From the NCBI GenBank assembly GCA_934777435.1, contig CAKVNK010000001.1:247203-311202 (forward strand): a DNA stretch of 64,000 nt, read 5' to 3'. The stretch is from an uncultured Clostridia bacterium. Lineage in GTDB: Bacteria > Bacillota > Clostridia > Christensenellales > UBA1242. The notes under the pieces are model-generated. The model was not told the origin of the DNA. It made no database searches and saw only the letters and a list, made by a program, of their open reading frames with translations. Both the position numbers and the translations under genes were made by a program. This document shows positions 57,894-64,000 of the stretch, piece by piece; position 1 is the first letter of the stretch; each line of letters opens with the position of its first letter.

Positions 57894-57922
57894 TTGCAAA
57901 ATTTGACACGATTTGTTAATAT
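57894..57922 (+). promoter_or_regulatory. Promoter TTGCAA-17-TAATAT placed 6 nt upstream of the ATG (leaderless geometry)
   Basis: TTGCAA at 57894-57899, TAATAT at 57917-57922, actcgt, then ATG 57929. No SD. Confidence 0.5.
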
Positions 57923-57928
57923 ACTCGT

Positions 57929-58732
57929 ATGCGAATTTGTAATTTAGCAAGCGGTAGCAGTGGAAATTGCACATATATTGAAGGTGGGTCATCCAAAATT
58001 TTAATTGATAATGGCAAGCCTTTTTCATATATTTTTGACACCCTTAATCAGTTGCAAATCGCCCCAGATAGCATTGATGCTATACTTGTAACACATGAGC
58101 ATAGCGACCATATCAAAGGCATAGAAAAATTTGTTCGCACCTATAATACAAAGATTTACGCACACGTTCAAATTAAAGAAGTTTTGTTAAACCAGATTCA
58201 CGTTGACACTAATAATTTTGTGTTTTATGATAGCGACTTTGATATTGGCGACTTACATATTCAACCTTTCCCACTGCCACATGATAGTAAATTTTGTGTT
58301 GGCTACCGCATAAATCACGAAGATGCAATCGTCACCGTTTGCACTGACTTGGGCGAGTTTTCAGAAGAAACTTTTGAAGTTGTTAAAAACAGTGCAGTTG
58401 TATATTTAGAAGCAAATTATGACCCAGAAATGCTTATGTCCTATCCAGGTTATCCACCATTTTTAAAACGTAGGATAAGTAGTGGACACGGTCATTTAAG
58501 CAACTTGCAATGTGCAAAAGCCATTGAAAAATTGGTTAAAACTGGCACTCGCTTAATTGTTTTAAGTCATATCAGTGAGCACAGCAACACCGTTAACCTT
58601 GCAGTTGGCACAATAGCAAATTATTTAGAAAATAAAAATATAATTCCTAACCGTGATGTTCGCCTAGACATTGCCCATCACGAACAACGTGGAACTATAT
58701 TTAGAATTACACCAACCAGCCAAAAACAATAG
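57929..58732 (+). CDS. MBL-fold metallo-hydrolase (YycJ/WalJ-like)
   Basis: MRICNLASGSSGNCTYIE.. and the THEHSDH zinc motif, 267 aa. Confidence 0.88.
   Translation: MRICNLASGSSGNCTYIEGGSSKILIDNGKPFSYIFDTLNQLQIAPDSIDAILVTHEHSDHIKGIEKFVRTYNTKIYAHVQIKEVLLNQIHVDTNNFVFYDSDFDIGDLHIQPFPLPHDSKFCVGYRINHEDAIVTVCTDLGEFSEETFEVVKNSAVVYLEANYDPEMLMSYPGYPPFLKRRISSGHGHLSNLQCAKAIEKLVKTGTRLIVLSHISEHSNTVNLAVGTIANYLENKNIIPNRDVRLDIAHHEQRGTIFRITPTSQKQ
58676..58726 (+). repeat. Direct repeat copy 1 (authentic 3' end of the MBL-fold gene)
   Basis: 47 of 51 nt are identical to 58882-58932. Confidence 0.85.
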
Positions 58733-58863
58733 TGTTTTGATAACATGGGCAATGTCTGTTTGGGGTCCCCAGCAATGCATAACATAATGGATTTGTTGGG
58801 GTTAAGGAAAAACCGAACTTTAAGGCTTATAATTGCGTAGTTTACACGCAATTTAGCAAAAGT

Positions 58864-58938
58864 GAGCGTTTTGACGCTGCACATCACGAACAACGCGGGA
58901 CCATATTCAGAATTACACCAACCAGCCAAAAATTATAA
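58864..58938 (+). pseudogene. Displaced duplicate of the MBL-fold gene 3' terminus (direct repeat copy 2)
   Basis: It encodes SERFDAAHHEQRGTIFRITPTSQKL-stop, compared with the authentic DVRLDIAHHEQRGTIFRITPTSQKQ-stop. It is followed directly by a strong terminator. Confidence 0.7.
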
Positions 58939-58950
58939 TAACGACATAAC

Positions 58951-58979
58951 AAAAAGATAGGTTACACACCTATCTTTTT
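58951..58979. terminator. Bidirectional rho-independent terminator
   Basis: A5-AGATAGGT-tacac-ACCTATCT-T5, between the MBL-fold locus and the convergent GT80-like gene. Confidence 0.85.
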
Positions 58980-59002
58980 AATATCTACATAACATTATTT
59001 TT

Positions 59003-60790
59003 TTACGCACCTAATACAACTTCATCATATACAGAAGTTTCATTATTGAGTTTGTAATATTTCATTGTGTTTGCGATTGTATCATAAATAGCAATATCGC
59101 AATGTGTTGTATCGTTGTATTCAATCAAAACGCAAGTTTCTGATGCTTCAAAACCTGTTTTATCAGCATTCAAAGTGTTTGTTGACATAAACACTTCAAC
59201 ATTATCTTTATATGATTGGCTAAAACTATCTTTACGAACCTTGATAATAGCACACGTTTTCTCCGCTGTTACAGATAAGAAAGTTGATGATTGATAACCT
59301 GAACCAAATGCTTCTGGATTGAAGAAGAAAATAAGTTCTGCTGGAATTGTTGAATCAATATCAATCAAGCCCAAACTTTCAAGATGAGCACGCTTGCCTT
59401 CAACGGTATCAGTTGGATTCTTTGGGTGACCTTTATAGTAGAATACATAATTTTCTTCACCATAATAAGCCTTTATTGCTTTAACATAGTTATCAAAATA
59501 ATCTGCTTGTTCAGTTGCTGTCCAAGTACCTAAAATAACCATGACTTGTTTATGATCTGCTTCTGCCTTTTCAAACATAGTGTCGCTGAATTTATAAAGG
59601 GCTTTTAAATCGGCCTTTTTAAACCATCTATCAGCAACCATTGCTTCAATTTCCTCGTCAGTTTTGCTTGCGTTTGCTGTATTAACACGTGGGTCAATTT
59701 TAACAAGTAAAGATTTTAAATCTTTAACTTTAATTGCTGTACCTTCTGTTGGTTGAACAAAGTTTGAATATACAGTGCCACCAGCAGTCAATGTTTGTGT
59801 GCCAAGTGTACCATTAGCACGTGTTAACCACCAATCAACATTTGATTCTTCTTTTGCCATAACAAAAGCGTATTCACGTAATGTTCCTGCGTCAATTGTA
59901 AGACCTCTTGTTGATTCAGTTATTTTGCCCTTTTTGGCAACTTCTTTTTTAAGTTTAAAGTAATTTGCTTTCATTGTTTCATATTTTGTTGCATAATTTT
60001 CATTATTTAAATTTTTGTTAAAATAATTGAAAGATGCTGTACCATCTGAAAGCAAAGTAACTTTATAATTTTCTGCCGGAATTCCATTTGCAACAGTTGC
60101 ATCTAGCCAACCATACGCATAATAGTCATTGTAATAAAAGTTAAATTTTGAATTTCTATTTATTTCATACAATTCTTTAACCCAAGCTGATGTGCCTTTA
60201 TACATTTCACGTTGAGTGCTGTTTAAGAACGCGTCTGGTGTGGCAATAGGCATTTCATAAACATTTTTAGGAAGCTTACTCCAATCCCAAGCGCCACTAC
60301 GTTTAAACCACACAAATGTTGGTATTGTGCCTTTATTTGTAATTTCGTCCAATGATAATGTAAACAATGTTACAGGCATTGTCGCTGTGATAGGTGCAAT
60401 ATTGTATTCGTCAGCTGAAAGGTTAACTTTCATTGTTTTTGTTGTGCTGTAAATACCTCTTTTAAATTGCGCTTTAACGGTCATTTTACCATAAAAACCA
60501 TCAATTTCAGTTTTGTTTGCAGCCATTTGGCTTACCTTGTTAATGTATTTCACATTAACCAATTTATTGTTGTGATAAACTGATACTTTAATACTGTCAA
60601 GTTGTTTTGATGCGTTCCAATTAATGTTAATTGCTTGTGATTGGTCAATTTGTGCTGCGTTTGCTTTAATATCAACTTTAAGTGCACAAAAATAAACAAG
60701 CAAGAACACTAAAAGGCCTAAAATTAGTATACCCCCACCCAGTGTCAAAGGAAGCCATACTTTTTTAGGAACTTTTTTTGTTTTTTCCAT
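59003..60790 (-). CDS. Membrane-anchored GT80-like glycosyltransferase (putative sialyltransferase) with an N-terminal Ig-like domain
   Basis: N-terminal TM helix (WLPLTLGGGILILGLLVFLLVYF). Motifs parallel the Pasteurella PM0188/PmST1 sialyltransferase as I recall it: TLLSDGTASF vs LYDDGSMEY, ILGTWT vs FTGTTTW, YYKGHPKN vs YFKGHPRG, IPAELIFF..GSGYQSSTFLS vs SFEVLMM..GGVASSLYFS. Confidence 0.55.
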   Translation of the reverse strand: MEKTKKVPKKVWLPLTLGGGILILGLLVFLLVYFCALKVDIKANAAQIDQSQAININWNASKQLDSIKVSVYHNNKLVNVKYINKVSQMAANKTEIDGFYGKMTVKAQFKRGIYSTTKTMKVNLSADEYNIAPITATMPVTLFTLSLDEITNKGTIPTFVWFKRSGAWDWSKLPKNVYEMPIATPDAFLNSTQREMYKGTSAWVKELYEINRNSKFNFYYNDYYAYGWLDATVANGIPAENYKVTLLSDGTASFNYFNKNLNNENYATKYETMKANYFKLKKEVAKKGKITESTRGLTIDAGTLREYAFVMAKEESNVDWWLTRANGTLGTQTLTAGGTVYSNFVQPTEGTAIKVKDLKSLLVKIDPRVNTANASKTDEEIEAMVADRWFKKADLKALYKFSDTMFEKAEADHKQVMVILGTWTATEQADYFDNYVKAIKAYYGEENYVFYYKGHPKNPTDTVEGKRAHLESLGLIDIDSTIPAELIFFFNPEAFGSGYQSSTFLSVTAEKTCAIIKVRKDSFSQSYKDNVEVFMSTNTLNADKTGFEASETCVLIEYNDTTHCDIAIYDTIANTMKYYKLNNETSVYDEVVLGA

Positions 60791-60931
60791 TTATTCCTCC
60801 ATGTTTGTTATTACTAAGCTACAACATTGGGCAAATTAAGTCAACTAAAATAATTTTTTTTTTAATATTTGTGTATTTTCGACATAAGTTGACACAAAAT
60901 TCACATAACACAAATTTTTTTGTTTAAAATG

Positions 60932-60961
60932 AAAAATATGTGGTCAAAACTTACCACATAT
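60932..60961 (-). terminator. Rubrerythrin terminator
   Basis: ATATGTGGT-8nt-ACCACATAT (9 bp) flanked by A/T runs on both sides. Confidence 0.75.
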
Positions 60962-61041
60962 TTGTTTTTTACTATACACTGTTCATTGTCTGAACCTAAA
61001 AGTATATATTTTTATTGATTAAGAACTCTTTTTATATTAAT

Positions 61042-61668
61042 TTACTGATTAGGTTTTGTGCGATGTTTTCCATTACCTATTAAACTAAAATCTATGCGAT
61101 AATACCCCTGTTCCATATTACAAAGTGGACACTTTTTAGGTGCTTGTTTATCTTGTATGATTGTGCCACACTCATCACATTTGAAGCATGCGTCACCACA
61201 ATTACACTTGTAAAGGCAATTACATTTTAACCCTTCTGCCAACTTTTCAAGCGTACGTTGGTGCGTCTTTTCCACTTTTGCAACCATATCAAACACATCT
61301 GCCACATCTTTAAAGCCTTCATCACGCGCAATGTCTGCAAATGTTGGATAAATTGAATCTGAACTCATTTCTTCATTGTGTGCTTCTAATTTAAGAGTTT
61401 CGCAAATATCTGCCCCCTGTTTAAAAGGATATCCAGCAGTTATATCTATGTTTTGTGTGTCTTGACCGCCGTATTCATTAATTTTGTTAAAAAATTGTTG
61501 TGCGTGTGCCATTTCGTTATGAGCAATAGTTCGTATAAGATTACTTAAATACTCATAGCCTTGTTGTTGTGCCATTTTTGCTAAAAATTGATACCTTGCC
61601 CCTTCCATACACTCACTAGCAAACGAACGTGCCAAATTTTCTTTTGTTTTGCTTTGTTGAAAATCCAT
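61042..61668 (-). CDS. rbr: Rubrerythrin
   Basis: Ferritin-like di-iron motifs (E..EGARY, EMAHAQ, E..H) and a C-terminal rubredoxin-like CxxC..CxxC. The start is set to ATG 61668 (GGAGGG RBS) rather than the ORF-track TTG at 61686. Confidence 0.88.
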   Translation of the reverse strand: MDFQQSKTKENLARSFASECMEGARYQFLAKMAQQQGYEYLSNLIRTIAHNEMAHAQQFFNKINEYGGQDTQNIDITAGYPFKQGADICETLKLEAHNEEMSSDSIYPTFADIARDEGFKDVADVFDMVAKVEKTHQRTLEKLAEGLKCNCLYKCNCGDACFKCDECGTIIQDKQAPKKCPLCNMEQGYYRIDFSLIGNGKHRTKPNQ

Positions 61669-61815
61669 ATTTCCCTCCAATATCAATTTTTAACCTAGAT
61701 AGCGAATTTTAAAACACATAATCTAAATATATAACAAAACCTAAGCAAATGCTTGTGACAATACCAAAAAGATTTAAAAAACTAAAAATATTTTTGAAAA
61801 ATTTGTAAAAATTTA

Positions 61816-61844
61816 TTGACAAACATTTTTTAAATTGGTAATAT
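61816..61844 (+). promoter_or_regulatory. tRNA operon promoter TTGACA-17-TAATAT
   Basis: TTGACA at 61816-61821 and TAATAT at 61839-61844, about 37 nt upstream of tRNA-Ala. Confidence 0.6.
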
Positions 61845-61881
61845 AAACTTGCATTTGCTGTGAAATGCACATAAGAACTTT

Positions 61882-61958
61882 GGGGGATTAGCTCAGTTGG
61901 CTAGAGCACTTGCCTTGCAAGCAAGGGGTCATCGGTTCGAATCCGATATTCTCCACCA
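61882..61958 (+). tRNA. tRNA-Ala (anticodon UGC), CCA encoded
   Basis: Manual cloverleaf: acceptor GGGGGAT/ATTCTCC with the G3:U70 alanine identity pair, anticodon loop CTTGCAA, T-arm ATCGG-TTCGAAT-CCGAT, and ACCA at the 3' end. Confidence 0.92.
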
Positions 61959-62117
61959 AAAATATTTTGAGATGTGAAATTTCAAAATTCACCGCCCTTA
62001 ACAATAAAGGGTTTGCAAAGGGGAAACAATGTTGCCACTTTGTAGAGGAGCAAGCGCCTAACAAGCGGACGTTTGCGATAACAAGAAGCAAACTCGCCAA
62101 AAGGCGAATTGCGACGA

Positions 62118-62194
62118 AGAGATGTAGCTCAGCAGGTTAGAGCACCACCCTGATAAGGTGGGGGTCGGTGGTTCGAGTCCACTCATCTCTACCA
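62118..62194 (+). tRNA. tRNA-Ile (anticodon GAU), CCA encoded
   Basis: Manual cloverleaf: acceptor AGAGATG/CATCTCT, D-arm TAGCTCAGCAGGTTAGAGCA, anticodon stem CCACC/GGTGG with loop CTGATAA, T-arm GGTGG-TTCGAGT-CCACT, and ACCA. Confidence 0.9.
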
Positions 62195-62199
62195 GAAGC

Positions 62200-62228
62200 A
62201 AGTGTTTGACATCGTCAAGCACTTTTTT
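62200..62228 (+). terminator. tRNA operon terminator
   Basis: AAGTGTTTGAC-atc-GTCAAGCACTT (11 bp, one G-U pair) followed by T6. Confidence 0.8.
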
Positions 62229-62350
62229 CTTTTATGAAACAAGTGCTAAAAATTTATTGTTAAAAACAAGATTTTAGCAAAGCAAAATATGTCATCTTTC
62301 AAAATCACAAACTTCGTAAAAGACAAAATATTATTAAAAAATAATAAAAA

Positions 62351-62386
62351 AACACTAATTTTTTGATATTTTTAGTGTTTTTTTTG
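62351..62386. terminator. Additional bidirectional terminator-like hairpin
   Basis: A-run, AACACTAA-13nt-TTAGTGTT, T7. It lies between the tRNA operon and the convergent plsC. Confidence 0.55.
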
Positions 62387-62532
62387 ATTATTTTATTTTT
62401 TTGCTTGTTTTTATAAGGCTATTAATCTTCGTCATATTGAACTTGTAGCAATAGCACTGCCACAGCACTCACGTGTTCGTTTGCACGTGCGTACGTATTA
62501 CATGTATTAATTTAGATAACGTGGTTTGCAAT

Positions 62533-63381
62533 TTAGTTTTCATCACAAGTGTATTTTAAAGGCTTACCATAAACTGTTTCGTAAATATTTTTCCAAATTT
62601 CATAGTTTTGTTGCTTCATTTGTTCAATATTTTGTTTATCATCTAAATCTTCGTTGGCATAAATTGGCTTTTCAATATGAACAGTGTGAATTTGAATTGG
62701 GAAACCGTCTGGGCCGATTTGTTCGCTATCACGCATTGTTACAAACACAGGCACAACTGGAACATGATTTTTAACAGCAAGGTGAAATGCTCCATTTTTA
62801 AGTGGCCTTGGTTTACGATAATTCCACCACATAGATTCTTCAGCATATACCAGAACAAAATTGCCTTTTTGCAAAAGTTGTTTAGTTGCACTTAAAAACT
62901 TTTTCATAGTCTGTTTATTTTGGCTTAAAGGCAGTGTGTCACAATAACGCATAATAGGTGCAAAACCTGCTGGCGGATTAGTATAATTGCCTTCTCTTAT
63001 CACTTTATACATACGTCTATGTTTAAACTTTGCAGACCTAAAAGTTTGGTCGATAATAAAACTATCAATCACCCCAAAGTGGTTGCAAGTGATTATTGCA
63101 CCAGTTTTTACTGATTTTAAGTTTTCAAGCCCAACAATGCTTTCAAGCCTAAACATACCAGCTTTTTTCATTTTATTTAACATTTTGCCAGCAACTTTAT
63201 ATGTGAAAAACCTTTTGATTTTATTGCTGAGTTTGGTTCGCATATAATCAATTTCGTCTGGTTTAAGTTCTATGGTTGGTGGGTCATTTTCCACTTCTTT
63301 GTCAAACTGACCAGTTTGCTCAAATTTTTTTATTTTTCGCAAAACCTCCAACCTATCTGTGGCTTTTGGTGTTTCTTTCAT
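62533..63381 (-). CDS. plsC: 1-acyl-sn-glycerol-3-phosphate acyltransferase family protein
   Basis: The H(X)4D acyltransferase motif is within CNHFGVIDS, with a downstream PEG-like block (VYAEE). 282 aa. Confidence 0.8.
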   Translation of the reverse strand: MKETPKATDRLEVLRKIKKFEQTGQFDKEVENDPPTIELKPDEIDYMRTKLSNKIKRFFTYKVAGKMLNKMKKAGMFRLESIVGLENLKSVKTGAIITCNHFGVIDSFIIDQTFRSAKFKHRRMYKVIREGNYTNPPAGFAPIMRYCDTLPLSQNKQTMKKFLSATKQLLQKGNFVLVYAEESMWWNYRKPRPLKNGAFHLAVKNHVPVVPVFVTMRDSEQIGPDGFPIQIHTVHIEKPIYANEDLDDKQNIEQMKQQNYEIWKNIYETVYGKPLKYTCDEN

Positions 63382-63548
63382 ACTTTTCTCTTTTTATTTA
63401 GTTTAATTTAGAAAACACTAAATCAAATTGTTTAAGTGTTTGTTTTTTTATTACAATTTAACAAGATTTAACTTTAATATTTCAAATTTATAAAATGTGT
63501 TTTAATTTTTTGACGTTAAAAAGCCAATTTTGTTTAGTAATTTATTGA

Positions 63549-64000
63549 TTAAGCATTAACTTTCATTTCTGTGATAACTTTAAAGTTGGTTTTTGCTGTT
63601 TGTTTAAATAAATCCGCAACTTTTGGTGGGTTTTTCTCAATTGATTTTTTAAAGTTATTAGGGTCTGCAACCACAGTTACTGAATATGAAATCATATTTG
63701 CTGCTGCGGTATAATCCTTTTGACGTTGTTCTTCACTGTACATATCTCTTTGTTTTAAAATCAATGCATAGTATTCTGTTTTTCTTGCTGATTGCCAAAA
63801 ATATTTATCAAACATAACATCATAATATTTCCAAGGTTTTTTAAACATATTGTAGTGAACAATGTGCAAATTTTTTTCATCAAACTCGCCATCTTCAACA
63901 GTCATTTTATTCCACCCCTTTTCCATATACAAAACCTTGTTTTTACAAAGGAAGTTAAGATAATCTTGGTCTGGACACAATGAACTGAAAGGATAATTGT
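63549..64000 (-). CDS. Glycosyltransferase family 8 protein, C-terminal part; the N-terminus lies outside the window
   Basis: DQDYLNFL...IVHYNMFKKPW is the GT8 C-terminal pattern. The frame stays open past the ORF-track TTG (63980) to the window edge. Confidence 0.7.
   Translation of the reverse strand, partial: NYPFSSLCPDQDYLNFLCKNKVLYMEKGWNKMTVEDGEFDEKNLHIVHYNMFKKPWKYYDVMFDKYFWQSARKTEYYALILKQRDMYSEEQRQKDYTAAANMISYSVTVVADPNNFKKSIEKNPPKVADLFKQTAKTNFKVITEMKVNA

Noticed and set aside
57834-58028. Minus-strand 64-aa ORF overlapping the 5' end of the MBL-fold gene and the divergent promoter region.
   Set aside because: It overlaps two mapped promoter-like elements and the start of a well-supported gene, and it has no SD.
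58678-58929. Minus-strand 83-aa ORF spanning the duplicated MBL 3' end and the inserted segment, plus a 31-aa plus-strand ORF starting at ATG 58745.
   Set aside because: Neither has an SD or a promoter. The minus ORF is antisense to a real coding region and to its duplicate. The region is better explained as non-coding insertion or structured DNA.
61888-62140. ORFs 61888-62100 (minus, 70 aa) and 61910-62140 (plus, 76 aa).
   Set aside because: They overlap the two tRNA genes and their spacer, have no SD, and the tRNA cloverleaves explain the sequence.

Overview
AT-rich Firmicutes-type chromosomal segment that uses the standard code (TGA is a stop). Most of it is conserved housekeeping genes. 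On the minus strand: gyrB/parE (partial), ddl, pdp-tsaE-tsaB::rimI, a cysteine desulfurase, ctsR-mcsA-mcsB-clpC with a textbook CtsR operator, uvrC, rpoB-rpoC, hflX, rubrerythrin, plsC and a partial GT8 gene. On the plus strand: a murF-like gene, nth, obg, yhbY, murB, PHP-whiA-dnaE, greA, holB-ricT-methyltransferase-rsmI, and an orphan tRNA-Ala(UGC)/tRNA-Ile(GAU) operon. I saw no rRNA genes, CRISPR arrays, transposases or integrases. Lineage-specific islands sit between the core genes. These are a subtilase block with a degenerate ABC-ATPase-like gene (12.1-15.9 kb), a 1269-aa Ig-repeat surface protein, a HicB-like gene with unknown partners (41.9-43.2 kb), a Cys/Gly-rich micro-protein next to a GLUG-repeat protein (51.5-53.5 kb), four tandem small helical proteins (55.9-57.8 kb), and a membrane-anchored GT80-like putative sialyltransferase. 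The observations most worth following up are: (1) the four-gene helical-protein array, which has its own consensus promoters; (2) a 51-nt duplication of the 3' end of the MBL-fold hydrolase gene whose differences are all synonymous, bracketing about 150 bp of GC-enriched, hairpin-rich DNA; (3) a 75-aa ORF with a strong SD inside an unusually long rpoB-rpoC spacer, next to a degenerate copy of the rpoB 3' end; (4) at least seven genes whose -10 box lies exactly 6 nt upstream of the start codon, suggesting leaderless mRNAs and changing three start calls; (5) a promoter-plus-terminator-delimited three-way-junction RNA candidate upstream of nth; (6) a MurF-like ligase whose N-terminal domain is replaced by a polytopic membrane domain. 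All functional calls come from motif recognition by eye. No database search was run.
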